Source of the DNA: Moniliella sp. 'wahieum'
Lineage: Eukaryota
Reading direction: 5' to 3'
DNA: 64,000 nt
Assembly: GCA_003971905.1 (NCBI GenBank)
Contig: RSEE01000031.1
Coordinates: 124,001 to 188,000, forward strand
The notes beneath the pieces are model-generated. The model worked only from the letters and a program-made list of their open reading frames with translations. It was not told where the DNA came from and did not search any database. Of this stretch, positions 38,300-51,814 are shown in pieces. The stretch's first letter is position 1. Each line of letters begins with the position of its first letter. Both the position numbers and the translations under genes were made by a program.

Positions 38300-40567
38300 G
38301 GCGGAGCGGAGGTGGGAAGCGACGGCGGAGATGCGGGCGAGTATGGTGGGGAGGCAGAAGGGGGGCTAGCCTGGTCGTGCGAGGAGAGGTGGCCGGGCAG
38401 AGCAGAGCAGAGAAAGACCAAGGCACCTCGGAAGCGCTGCTGGCCAGCGAGACGCGGCCAGATTGAGGGCGCCTAAATACAGTTGGCCGCTTGCGCTCGC
38501 CGCACACGCCCACACAGGCACCGCAGCGCACGGCGCGTGTGTGCAGCCGTGCCCCAGCAGGCGCAGAAGCGCAGGGGGTGCTGGGTGGCCCTTGCAGCTT
38601 GCAGCTTGCATCTTGCATGGGCAATGGGCTGCGGCTGGGCGGCTGGGACGTGGCCCGTGCTGCAGGCACCAGGCCCGTCGCCGCCGCCGCGCACAAGACT
38701 GGCCCGTGGCCCGTGCATGCGCCGGGTCTGTCGCCGGCCGTGAGCATCACCCATCGCCCACCCTGCCTGCACGCCGCCGCACCCCCGTCCGCCGCACCTC
38801 GCCACTCTGTCCCCGCCGCTGCAGCAGCGCTGTGTGACGTCAACACGGACGGCCTCTGCATCATGCGTCCTACATCACCGGTCCTCTCGTCACCTGCAAG
38901 AAGGCACCCGCCGTGTCGCTTGCACGCCCATCGACTACTGGGCTGCAACACGCATGACGAGCACTTGTTCGTCACTTGTCACTTGAAGCTTCACTCCGGC
39001 GCCGCGTGGGGGGTTGCTCCTCGCACCGCGTCATCGTCCTCAGTAGCACTGTGCTCCGCCTGCTCTAGCCCACGGGATGCCTGCGCTACACAGGCCCAGC
39101 AGGCAATGCGCCGCCCACCCATCCTCTATCTCAGCGCCTCAGCACTGAGGCTCAGCCCCCTGAGATCCGAGGCGCTGGGGCTCAGCTGAGCTCAGCGCTG
39201 TACGCGCCATAACATGCATGACACACTCTGGCCCTCCACAGATAACCGCTAACCATACATGGCAAACAAACCATGGCAGCACCTTCCTTACCTCTTCTCC
39301 TCTGCCCTCGCCGCGGGGGAAGACCACACACAGCTGTGCGACCGTTTGTCCCATCGCCTCGGCGCCACAGCTGCCCAAGCTGAGGGGGGAACCAGTACTT
39401 GCCTTCTTGACACATATTTGTTCAACAGAGAGCGTGCGCAACCGTGGGGTGTGGAAGTGCTTATCGGCTTTGGCCTGTCGTCAAGCACGAGTCTGGTGGG
39501 CGGGGGGGAAGCAGTGGGCAGTGCAGGGCGGGATGAAGGGGAGGGGGGTTACGTTGACAAGAAAGTTCTCGTAAAGGCATCTAATCTTCTTCGTCCAAGC
39601 CCATGCTGGGCGCACTGGATTCAGTCTTTCCCAGTAGAGGAGAAGCAGAGAGGAAGATGCCGTATCATCGTCACTTTCTTCCAGCCACGTGGGGACGCCG
39701 GCTAGACGAAGGTCATACTATGGGCCTTCCCATGTTCCGATACCGGTGATATCTCGGACGGTCAGCACAGAGCTCAGAGGCGGTTGCAGGATGCGGTTGT
39801 ATGTGAGCAACCAAAGGGAGGTGGATCATCGATCAGGGAAGAATGCGCCAAACGCGATCGAGCAGCCAAGAAAGTCAAAGCGAGAGGGTAATGGAGCTCC
39901 AGTTCCGTCGTCGGGGCGGATCCGGACGTGCAATGGGATGAAGGGGCGTCACGCGATGTTTCGTCTGTTTCGGCAGCAACAGCAACTAAGCGCAGAGCTG
40001 GAGCTGGGGCAGGTGTAAGAACAGTCGTGGGAAGCGCAGCATTGACGAAGGTGGGAGGCGCAGGGTATGGTTCACGTCGGAGGCATTTGTGGCAACCAGC
40101 GAGCTAGCTCGTTTGGAAGAAGACGAGTGGGACGGGAAGAGGGAAGAGCGGCGGTTGAGGAGAGCACGTTTGCCAAGACGCGCGCCGCTTTGGGTGGTAG
40201 ATATCCTTGGGCGAGTGGGTTTAGCCTTTATAACCGGCATATACATAACGCAGCTAACCTAGGTTAACCCAGCCTAACTATGATTAACCCTTAGCTCTGT
40301 TTCATGGAGAGTCTGCCAGGCACTGCCCCCCTCGGATTCCATATGCCACCTGGCGTATCCATGCATCCAGAGGCTTCCGACTTGGGATGGCTGGATGGTA
40401 CTATAGGCAAACCAACCGGGCCAAGCAGGCGCCTAGAAACTGCAAGTGTGGCATTGCACATCTGACATGGGGCCCCATAGGGGTGTACATAGCGTATCAA
40501 TGCTTGCATGGTGGACCGAGCATGCAGACTCTACCCCACCGCAAGTCGGGATCGGTTGGATTCACCG

Positions 40568-41841
40568 TTACACGCGCTCCAAGATGACCGCAATGCCCTG
40601 GCCACCGCCAATGCAGGCCGCGCCCAGCGCATACTTCTTGTCGAGCCGGTGCAAGTTGTGCGTCAAGTTAGCCAGGATGCGAGCGCCGGAAGCGCCGAGC
40701 GGGTGGCCCGTGGCGATCGCACCACCGAAGGGGTTGGTAATGTCTTCTGGCAACTCCAATTCCTTCTGCACCGACAGGAACTGGGCGGCAAACGCTTCGT
40801 TCACCTCGATCAATCCCATATCGCCAATCGACAGTCCGGCCCCTTGAGCGCCAACCGGATCGCTTCCACTGGGCCAATGCCCATGATTTCCGGCGCGCAG
40901 GCCGTCACGCCGTACGACACAATCCGCGTCAGCGGCTTGAGACCATACTTCTTGACGGCCTCCTCAGACGCCACCACATTGGCCGCTGCACCATCGCAGA
41001 TGCCCGACGCATTGCCAGCGGTAACCGTGCCGTTCTTCTTGAACACAGACGGAAGCCGGCCCAGCGTCTCAATCGTCGTCTTGCTCCGAGGATGCTCATC
41101 GACAGAGAACGTCTCGGTCGTCTGCATGTTATCCAGCAGCAGCAACCACAATACGTTAGAACCCCAATTCCCACTTTGCTTTCGTGAGACGCAACCGAGC
41201 GGACGAATACGTACCTTCTTGACCGGCACCTCGACCGGCACAATTTCATCTACAAATGCGCCCTCTGCCAAGCCCTTTTGGTACAGTGCCTGGGACCGGA
41301 GAGCAAACGCGTCGCACTGTTCCCGCGTGATGCCATACTTGACCGCCAAGTTTTCCGCCGTGATGCCCATTGGCGTCGGGGTGGGGTACATGTCGGTCAA
41401 CGCGCTCATCAACGAGTCGACAAGCTTAAGGTCCACACCAAACTTGCCACCGCCAAAGCGGACGCCGTGAAGCGTGTAGGGAGCTTGGGACATGCTCTCC
41501 GTACCGCCGGTCAAAACGACCTGGCTGTCACCCACCTTGATCTCATGCACCGCATTGATCACGCTCTGGAAGCCCGAGCCGCACAGCCGGTTGACCGTCA
41601 GGGCGGGCGTGGTGACGGGGAGGCCAGCACGATGACCAACGTGGCGGGCAAGATAAGCGGCCGAGTTGTCGCTGGCATGTACGTTACCAAAGATGGTCGC
41701 GTCAACCTGGACCCCCTCGGGCAGCTGCTCCAGCGCCGCCTTGGAAGCGATGCCACCGAGGTGAGCGGCGTTGAACGAGGCAAGCTTGCCGCCGAACGCG
41801 CCAAAGGGCGTGCGCTTGGCTGCAACAATAAAGGACGACAT
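40568..41841 (-). CDS. 3-ketoacyl-CoA thiolase, ACAA2 (mitochondrial beta-oxidation) type
   Basis: [64 protein letters not shown]. Intron 41122-41214. Confidence 0.95.
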
Positions 41842-42737
41842 GCTAAGGGAAGAGAGGCGGGGGGAAGAGGGAGGGGGGTGGGGGATGGTGGCGGGCGAAG
41901 AGAGGACCAGGAAGTACAAACCCGGAGAGCCGGCCGGGTGGGCGTCGCGCCGGGCCGAGCGCCTGCCGGTTGTCCGATGTCCCCCGGGCGGCGCGGGGGC
42001 TGGCAACGTGTGAACGTGAAAAGCCATTTTCAAAGGGGCGCAGTACGCGCGATGCGATGCGGGCATGGTGCGTGATGTGTGATGCGTGCCGAGCTCGCAT
42101 CGGCTGAGCGGCAGAGCAGACAAGCGGGAATAGGCGTTTACAGGCTTACGCCCAGCGTAACGCCGTCTGAGCCGTCGAGGCTCCGGCTGAGCTCAGCTGA
42201 GCGAGCAGAGCCCAATTCGAGGCCGGAGGCCGGAGCGCAGCTAGGGTTGCCGGCTGCCGGTTAACGCGGTTGGCGCTGCTGGTGCTGGCGTCTCTATAAA
42301 GTAGTTGCTGCTGAGCACGCCGAGCACGCCCGGGCACGCCGAGCACACCCATGCGCTTGATGGGTTAGGGCATCCTTGTGCTCGACACCCTCTTGCACCA
42401 CGCTCATCTACGAACTAAGCCCTCGTCTAAGTCTCGTCTAAAGAGGAGGCGTCAAATACACCAGTCGAAACGTCGTGGTGATAACCACATACTTGCAGGG
42501 GAACCAGTGACAATATGATACCTTGCTTGGCATGTGCATCTGTTGTACATCAAGTTGTTCTTGCAGTCAATATCAAATCCGTCTGTCGCTCTTGCAGCCT
42601 GAAGCTTGACTACTAGGGTCTCCTTCCCCCCTCGGCATCGAAGAGAAGGGTGGAGGTGGAGGTGGGGGAGGGACAGGTTGGATGAGTGCAGAGTGTCCGG
42701 GGTCGTGATGGCAGCCGCAGGCGCGATCACACCCGGA

Positions 42738-45700
42738 TCAGACTAACGGCAGGTCGAAGGCAAGCGAAGAAAAATCACAGCAAAACGTCAGTCAGTAAGT
42801 AGTACACGGGTCGGTGCGAGCCGCGCGCGGCTCGCTCGCGATCCGATCCCATCCTATCCTATCCCATCTGATGCGATCCGAGAAGGAGGAGAGACGCGAC
42901 GTACAGGAAAACAGGCCTTCCCCGCGACCGTGCTTGCCGCCCAGGAGGTAGTACGAAAGCAACGTTGCGCTGAACAGGCCTACACTCAACCCCAGCGCAA
43001 CCGACAAGAGCGATTCTGCCACCTGGAAGCCCGAGGCGATGGAGGAGCGAGCTGTGACGGTAGAATCGTTGGTATGGGTGTAGTTGGTGTGGCAAATGCC
43101 AACAGGCCGCCGCCTGCCCATCCGGACGGCAGGTAGAGGATGCCCGGTACGGCGACGACAAAGGAGCGTCCATCAAACAACGCGCCATAAATGGAGGAAG
43201 AAACGCCGACGGTCATGCTGCCCAGCATGGCGGCAAAGTCTTGTCGGTTTTGCAGCGCTTTGCTTTGCCGCTAAAGTGGGTCACGCACCACCCGGCAATG
43301 GCCACGAGGGTCATGACGAAAAACTCTTTGCGCACCGGCTTGGCATAGTTGCGCAGCGACAGGCCAATTGCGTACCCTGGCACACAGGAACGCATAGTGG
43401 ATCCCAATCGTCTTGAAGTACCACTCGTCCGCCTATGGGAGCGAGAACAGGTCGAGTCGTCAGTCGCGTCAATCACTTGGCCCGAGATAAAGGTGTATAA
43501 GCTGCGCCGCAAGCACAATGTCAATTGAGTCCCCACAACGCAGAAAAAAGTGTGCGGGATACGCACTGCTCCAATGGACAAGCCAAACCCCTGTCGAGAT
43601 AGCGCATCAAGCATTATGGTTAGTACCCAACCCGACCCCACTACGGGCCCCACCACCCAGCTCGGCTCGACAGCCCCATCCAAAAAGAAGAGAAAGGGGA
43701 CGCACCAAAAAGAGACTATATAGGAAACCATAAACGAGCCGAACACTGCCCGCAATGATCGACTTGCTCTGCAGCTCCAACGAACCGGAGAGAAAGATAA
43801 ACCCAGGCAAGATGAGGACAATCGAGGCGGGGGTGATCGCGGCATAGCAGATTCCACTTGTTCCGTTCTGGTACGCTGCAGCGGCGATGAACGAGTTGAT
43901 GCCGGCAAAGCAGATCTCAAACACATTGGAAAACAGTTCGGCTTTGATGGAGGATGACAAAATACCAGGAACGCTCCGAGTGGGAAAGCAATCAGACAGT
44001 CAACAAAACTCCCGTTAAAGCCCATCGGGCCCGCACAGATCATCGAACTGCACAGTCCCCTACCACCACCATCCAAAAGCGGTTGATGAGGGGTTTGCGA
44101 CGCATCAGCTCGTCCAGTTGCTTGCTGCTTCCTCGACACCGACCTTATCGTGCACAACGTTCCAATAGATGGAATGCAATCGGTCAGTTTGGCTGAGGAA
44201 GAGAGGGTCACAGGTCAGCGTCAGAGCCTCGATCGATCCATAAAGACAGGGGGCCCTGGGAGAGGCAGGGAAAAAGGTACATACATAGGTCAAGCAAGCT
44301 GGGCTGCTTGATAAGCGCGTGTCAGACGTGTGGGTCATATCATCCCCAAAAGAGACGAGCATCAAGGACGGGAGGTAAATACAACGGCATGATATTCCAA
44401 GATCCGCGCGGGTAGACTGAATCTGGGTCTCGATGCGGTGTGTCGGAGCGCCAAACATCATGAGCGCACGAGCAAGCTTGAGCAAGAATTCTTGTCGCTG
44501 CAAGACGGCCGCCACATGGAGCGTGATCTATCCCGTCAAACAGTAACACGACAATCAGTACCCTGAGGGAGATGGTTCAACGTTCACGCAGACAAAGCAA
44601 AGAAATACGTACGTAGATCTCCTCTTTCTTAGTTCGTCGCGCCCGCTTGCGCACCTGCCGCTGCCAATGTTCCTTGTCGTAACGAGCTCCCTTGTGGTGC
44701 ATGCGCTGCTGTTCAGCGGCTGCGGGACCAAAGTAGTCCGTCGCAGCCTCGGACATGGCTGGGGTGGAGGGTGCAGTGCTCATTCGCCATGGTACCAAGG
44801 CACGCTCCGACTGGTTCAGAACAGTGGACAATCCAGAAAGGTGATGATGATGATGATGGGAAGGCGTAGTAGCTCCCGGGTTGGTGGGGAGCGTGGGCTG
44901 AGAAGCACTGACCAAGGGAGTATGCTCCGAGCGTGATCCCTGCGGCACCTCCGAGTCGGGTGTGGCGATGGCTGAGCCAGTAGGGGTAGGGCGGGTGGAA
45001 GAAGAGAGGTGGGAACGAAGAATGCCAGATGTGCGGTACGGTAGCGGAGGTCGAGGCGGTGGACCTGCGGCTTGAGCCACCAACTTGGCCGTCCGGCGCA
45101 TCGTTTTGGCGTTCATCTCAGGCAAAAAGTACCGATCCAAGGTGAAGCCCGGCCGGAAAGGGTTGGGCCCCAACTGGGCCGACGCGGGGGAGACGGCACC
45201 AACCAAGTTGTTGGCAGTCGCGACCAATGCGCCAAACACACCTGCACCATTTCGCGCCGCACGGGGACGTTCTTCCATCTCATAGTCCCCCATGACAAAC
45301 GCCGAGGCGGAAGCCATGGCACTTCCCACATTTCGAATGGCATGACGGCCCTCGTCGATGATGGAGGAACCGTGATCGGCCTTCCTGGTGCCTCCAGGGG
45401 TCATGGACGAGGTGGGCGAAGGGAGAGCCGATCCCATCCGGGAAAAAGGACGGCGGTGAACGCCAAAGGGATTGGGACGGGGGCCATGGCCGGATCCAAT
45501 GGAACTGGGAGGCTGGCTACTTTCCGGAAGAAGGTTGGATCGGCCCTCCTCCCCACTCTGTTCACTGTGAGCATTGGCATTGGACCCACGGAAGGCGTCC
45601 TTCTCAGCCTGGTTCTGCTCGCGTTGCTGTTGTTCGTACAGCATCAGCAAGTTGCCCAACACCCCTCCCGTCGCCACAGGACGGGCGTTCATCCTGGCAG

Positions 45701-47296
45701 TTGTCTGCGCCACCCCAGGCGTGGATTGCCCCGAGTCAGGAAGATGATCCCTTGTAATGGGTTTGGAGGGAAAGAGCATATCCCCTGGCGGGGCCCCCGC
45801 CCCGCGATCGGAGCTAAGACGGGAGGATCGATTGCGTCCTGTGACAAGCCGATGGGCACGAACCAAGCGAGCTGCCTGTCGCTCGTACTTGGACGGCTTG
45901 GGTTTGTCCCCCGTACCACGCAGACCCGTACTGGTCTGCACAGGCACACTCTTGCGATTGGTAGCATGGGATACGTCGCCTTGCCCAGCAGGTGATTCTC
46001 CCACTCTCCCTTCCTCGATCTTTTCTGTCTCCATATCGGGCCTGAGGCCGGTGCGCGTCTGGGAGGACGAAGCGCCCTTTCTGAACAGAGACCGAGCTCG
46101 ACCCAGAACGCCTTTCACATCTGCCTGGACTGATTTCATGCCGTCCTTGAGATGAGTGGGGTCGTGGTGGGAGGAAGGGAGGCGGGCAGGCATCCCATCC
46201 ACCTCGCCCTCGACCATGGGGATGTGGTTCAACTCCGAGTCTGTCATGGGGTTGTAACTTGCATCCGAGGGGGTAGCACTCCCAGATGGAATCTGGGATG
46301 ATGCATCTTGAGGACGACCAAGATTGGATGAGTGTCGGGCGCTGTGGGGGGCACCAAGTTCCGAAGAAGACAGGTTAGGCGTATCGTAGCTTCTGCAGAG
46401 CGGCCGACACGAAGCTTGCCCAGCTGGTACCGCAGTTCCAGGAGCGTTTTCCTGTCGAGACCGCGTGCGTTGGCGTCCTCCTCACCCATTGGATCCGAGG
46501 CGGAAGCTAAAGGAGGGCGATGCGCTTCTGGGGGAAAGTGTTCCCCGCCGAACCGGGCTCTTCAGGGATGGGGGAATCGATCTTGGTATCATGGTACGGA
46601 TGGTTATTGATCGCAGTAGCTTGGGGTGCTTGCGACCCAGCATACTTGGGAAGTCGTTCAGCCAAGTTGAGCGGACCCGGATGGTTCCTCCTGTGTAGCG
46701 AGGAGGTAGTTTTGGCCGCTGATAGCGTTGGGGGGCGGACCAGAGACGGGGAGGAGCAAGAGGAGGAAGGTGCCGATTGCGAGATGGATTGCGGTGTGCC
46801 AGAGGCAGAGGATCGGGTGGCAAGGGGAGGAGGGTTGACCGGGCCTACGCCATGCCTTCCCGCGCGCCTCGGATGGGGGCGCACGCACCGTCACACGTGG
46901 TCCGCTGGGAAGCACTGAGGATGGCACTGGTGCCCGTGCACGTGTGGCTGCGGCAACGGGAGATACACTACTTGGACCTGCGCTTTGGCCAGACATGGGG
47001 TTCTGGAGGGACGAACCGACGGTGTGGCCGCCAAAGCGGACGCGGCGGCCATCTAGGGGCACCGGGGTGGTGCGGGCGAAGCTAGAAGTGGGCGAGGGAG
47101 GGGCGGATTGGAAGGGTGCTGAGGAAGTGGATGCGGAGGCAGGCGCGGACGCGGATGGCAGCGCGTCCCGCTCAGGCGCGGCGGGAGCAGAGGAGGGAGG
47201 GTTGGGGGCGCTCGGGCTGCTGGGGGCGGCGAGGGTTGCGCTGGAGGGTGGGGAGGGCGTGGCGCCGGCGTCATGGCGAGGGCCATCGGCGGCCAT
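42738..47296 (-). CDS. PRM10: Prm10 / DUF1212 (ThrE-like threonine/serine exporter family) membrane protein with a long disordered N-terminus
   Basis: KKEEIY|ITLHVAAVLQRQEFLLKLARALMMFGAPTHRIE, SIVLILPGFIFLSGSLELQSKSIIAGSVRLVY, VPGILYLPSG, VALGLSVGLF. Several introns. Confidence 0.9.
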
Positions 47297-48845
47297 GGCG
47301 GGACGGCGTGGTGGTGGAGAGGGTCAGTCGGACAGACGTCCGCGGACGACCAAGTTAGCAGCATGGACCTCGACCGAGTCCCCAGTTGAGTACTCAGTCT
47401 CACCGGTCAGCTGACCGGTGCCCGATTAAAATTTGGCGTATCTGTCTCTCTCTCGCGCGCCAGACCAGTGCCATCGCAGCCACGCATGCTAAAGCAGGCC
47501 TCTGCTGCAGCCACCCCGCTCAAACTATCAATTCGGTGACCGCTGATCGACGCCGTGGGAGGCCATCAGTGAAGCTAGTGAAGCTTGAAGCTTGACCTGT
47601 CAAGTGACAGGCGGATGGTAGCCGGTGACGGTGAAGCGCGCACAGGATGGAGGATGGAGCTTGGAGGAATGTCGATGGAGTGGCATCCCAACCCCGACTG
47701 TCGGTGGGTTCTTTGGGCGGGCTTTGCCTGGATGTGAGTGATTAGTGACACGCAGCACATCCACGTTGAACGTTCAACTGTGCCGTGCTTGCTTGGCATA
47801 TTTTGGAGTACTGTAGTACCTACAAACAAAACGGTTATAGTTAACAGCTGCTGTTCATCGATCGACTGCGTCGTCATCAACAACTCGTGCATCATATAAT
47901 GGTGGTACGATGTAAGAAATGTTGATAGAATATAGACTGTCGCTTCTCCAGAGACGAGAGCTCTTCGAATCTGCCAGCAAAGGCCTTATATAACCGCAAC
48001 ACTACGTATTTTGACCCCCACCACAATGTGTGCGGTCCCTCCTTGATCCTTGTCATCAAACTAAGGCAATCCCAAAGCTGAGGACGAGAGAATACTGCGG
48101 AGGCGCAGACATTGTCTTATACTTCTCATCGTTTTTCTACAAACGGTGCGGCGGCGAGAAAATGAAAGGGATCAGACGGGCGCTTGAATTTCCGCCCCTC
48201 TGGTGTCAGAGGTGCTGTGCTGTATAGCAACGTCGCAGTCGCATTTGCCTTAGTATGGAGAAGAGCGACAAACGTGATGGTGGAAAAGGACAAGGTGACT
48301 GCTTTCGTGTGGGTTTATACGACCTTTTCCGAAGAGCAATGAGGCACACTCCAGCAGAGCGTGTGGGCCAGACAAAATGCAATAAATGGATACGGCAGAT
48401 CTTCCCTATATATGTACTCGCAGAGTAGAGAGTGTGTAACTCAAAAGACGATTATCATGGCCGAATCGGTTCTCACACTTAAGAGTGCGTACGAGATTCC
48501 GTTCTCCTTTCGTTATAATCCTTGCTATCGAATGAGTCTGTACCTTCAAGCTCAAGGAGCGCTGAACACTGAAACCTACTGTGACAACTGTCTCTAGTGG
48601 AGTTCATCTTCACCGTGACGCTGCACGTACAGGCAGCTGCACATATTCGGCCGTGATACGGGCTGCACGCAGAGCCCGAAGACCAAAAGGAAAAGCTCTC
48701 CAAACTAGGTGGGACGGGCGAGACGAATCAATTCACTGATTGAGTTTCTGTTGTCAAATGTTGGTATGCCTTCGACACAGAGAGCATATCAGCAGAGAGG
48801 AAGAGGCAAAGACCGAGGCTGGCTGTCCGATTCCCTTATTGCGTT

Positions 48846-49682
48846 CTAGCGCCTGTGAGTGACGGAATCGTACAGAACACGGTCGCGCCGCCAAGACTAG
48901 CCCCGCCCCGCCAAGAACACCGTTCACAGCCCCGCACGACGGACTGGGAAGACATTGTTAGCTTCCTATTGGTCGTCCAAAGCACAAATCAAGGAGGGAG
49001 GAAGCATAAGCGTACAGAACAAAGCCGGAATGACCAAAGCGCCAATGGATGCCCCTACGAGGAAATAATCTGGGAACAGAGTTAAGGGGCGTCGCGGAGA
49101 GATAACATGTTGATAAGTGCTTCTGTGAGGAGATACGTACCTTCTTTCCGAATGCGACGAAGATCGGCCCGAATCGTTTCCGCAGCATGGAAGGTGGCCA
49201 AGGGGTCTTGGTTGGCAATGCTGAGTCCACAAGCAGAAGCTCCAATGACTCCTCCGATCAGGGGCAAGCCCCAGCTTGATTTTGATACGAAATGGAGGAT
49301 CTAGTCAGATAGATGGAGCAAGTGGGAACAGGAGGAAGGTCGGGACAAGGGAAGCGTGGTATACCAACCTAGTGCGTAGGGCTGAGCGGAGGGAAAAGCC
49401 CTTACGGGAGGCGTAGAGAAGATAGAGGGGAGGGGCAAGAACAGTAGAGATGGTGGCGGCACCCAAGGCGGCTTTGCCAACGAGGTATTGTTGGTAGCGC
49501 TTAGCATTAATAAAGGCGGCGATCGTGGGGCGGTCTGACATGGAGGGGAACTGCACATCGTCTTGGTCAGTTGCAGGAGCGAAAGATGAGGGCATGACAC
49601 GTTGGGCTGGAGCGGCAGCGGTGCTGGCGGTAGCTGCGGGGGCGATGGCTGTACGCAAGGAAGACGAGCCGGTGGCGAGCAT
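48846..49682 (-). CDS. Small multi-pass membrane protein with a presequence-like N-terminus; function unknown
   Basis: MLATGSSSLRTAIAPAA..., YLVGKAALGAATISTVLAPPLYLL, LIGGVIGASACG, DYFLVGASIGALVIPALF, RRAG..VLGGAGL, interrupted by canonical introns. The 3' end is approximate. Confidence 0.65.
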
Positions 49683-51814
49683 GACACTAGCTGAAAAAGA
49701 TGATGAGAGATGCAGAGGAGAGAGGAGAGCTAGACGGAAGATGGGGATGGTGGTAGCGGTGGTGGCAAGGAGGAGTGTGGCGGAGAAGGCAGCGCCCAAG
49801 GAGACTCAACAAAGTACCATGCACCAAGAGAATCTGATCTTAGACCAGCGCAGTTAACGAGACGGGGTCAGCGCGAGGATATAATTAACCTTGTTCCATA
49901 CCTCTCAGTTGGACCGGCATCTCCGCCCATAGTACTACTAGCAGAGTAAGTGGGGTACAGGGGTACTGCCTGCCGCAACGCGTCGCCACTGTTCCACCCC
50001 GCTGCTGTCCGGGCCGGACATACCCGGCGTCTGTCCATCAGCATCCGCGCGTCAGCCACAGGTAACCAGTGCAACCAACCATCTTCAAGCTTCCGCCTCA
50101 CCGCACACCAACAAGCGACCGGCATCGGCAACACCATCTCCCCGTCATCACGTGTGATGTCACATCTGCCATCATCCAATCACGCGCAGGCACTGCAATC
50201 CCCAATTATCGCACGGGGGTCCTTCCGCGATGGGGAGTGGCAAAACAGAGCCATCTGAAGCGACCCCACTTGGACACCATCGTTATACCCAGCAAACTTC
50301 TGCTTGCCTCTGTCCACCCGCCTGCTCGAAGGCGAGATCGACGTTCTGCATGAATTCCTCGGCTCATATTCCCCGTTTCGCCGATGAGGATACGGATGAG
50401 CGCGAGAAGGATTGGGTCGCATTTGGGAGAGGATAAGAAATTGGCTTTGCGCAAGGCGGTGTGGTCCACCCCCGTTGTAAACACCCTGACCCCTTGACTT
50501 TGAGGAGTAGACTTGAGTTGGAAAGTGCCTTCAACAGCACGCAACCTATGCACCGGGCTCCAGGCCGCACACTTCCGTCTCGCTGACATGCAACCAACGT
50601 TGCTTTCCTGCCAGTTTTTGGGGTTGCCGTTTTGGACGGGACATGGGTCGTCCTCCATCGCCGTCGGCACGCGGACTTTTGCCCCCTGCCCGACATTCAT
50701 GTCATAAACGGGTTTCCTTCTCTCTGAACCGGCAAACCCTTGCTGGGGTGGCGATGAATGAGATGGGGATGAGCAAGGGGTGTTTGGCATTCGCTGTGAT
50801 GCAAGTGATGTGGAAACGTGTAGCTGACAGCTCGAAGGCTGGAGGGATTTCGTATAGTCAGAGTGGCCGGCCGACTTGTCGTGATCAACGCGTCCTGCTT
50901 TGGAAGAGGTGGCACTGCGGCTGTTTACATACAACTCCGATAGTCAGGCCATCCTTTGGTGGGTGGCCGGTGGCGGTGCGCGGCAGGCCGTCGGAGCGAC
51001 TCGTTCGAGTTGTTTTCAAAACTTTTTTTTGCCTGAGTACTCGGTGGGTCAGCGCGTCAGCCATCGCCGACTGGATCGATATCATCGAATCCCTTGCTGA
51101 GAGCCTGACGGGCCTGACGGCCTGAGGGGTCAGCCTGACGGCTCAGCTGCTCAGCCTCCTCCTTCCCGCCTCAGCTGTGCGCCATCTTCGCCAGGCATCA
51201 CCTTCCCCATCATGCATCTGCCATCATATGGCCATCGAACAGGCAATTCGCGCCCCACGTCGGCCCACCCGCCCACGGCCCACCCATCCAAGTGGTGGTG
51301 TCGGTCTTTGGTGGGTGGCCTAACGCCACTGGACATGGTGGGAATCTCGACGGTGGACGCGGAACCGAGTACCTAGTACTGAACGTAGAACGTTGAACGT
51401 TTTGAATGCTGCCCCTCTGCACCAGATCGCACGGGTGGATGGGCTCATTGAGCCATGCTGTAGCTCTGCGCTCTGCTGAGGCGCTGAGGCCCTCTGCTCT
51501 CCGCGGCTCCTCGGCCAGGGGCCAGGCGGCGCCCAGCGCCACGTCCGCGTCATTCCACCCCACCCGCCGTAGCTCACAGCCTCACATGTCATATGTACAG
51601 GCTCAGGCCTGATCGGTCCTGATCGATTGATCTGTTAAACGTTAACATGTTAACAGGGCGTCAGGGGCAACCCGCGCCCCCCCTCCCCCCACCAACCATA
51701 GCAACCCTTTGGCAGTGTTCCTTCACCACCATCATCCACCTCGCTCTGTCTCCCTCTTCCATACGCGAACCTTGGCCGCGCTCTCCATTTCCAACCTCTA
51801 TCGTTACACCCGCC

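Noticed and set aside
39500..40246. Possible small minus-strand gene between GND1 and the thiolase
   Set aside because: A TATA-like site is present, but no coherent reading frame or motif could be assembled.
47920..48780. Copia-like LTR start (TGTTGATAGAATATAG) in an AT-richer stretch
   Set aside because: No matching inverted end, TSD or coding remnant was found.
50206..50934. 242-aa minus-strand ORF
   Set aside because: No recognisable motif or splice support, and its composition looks like random open sequence.
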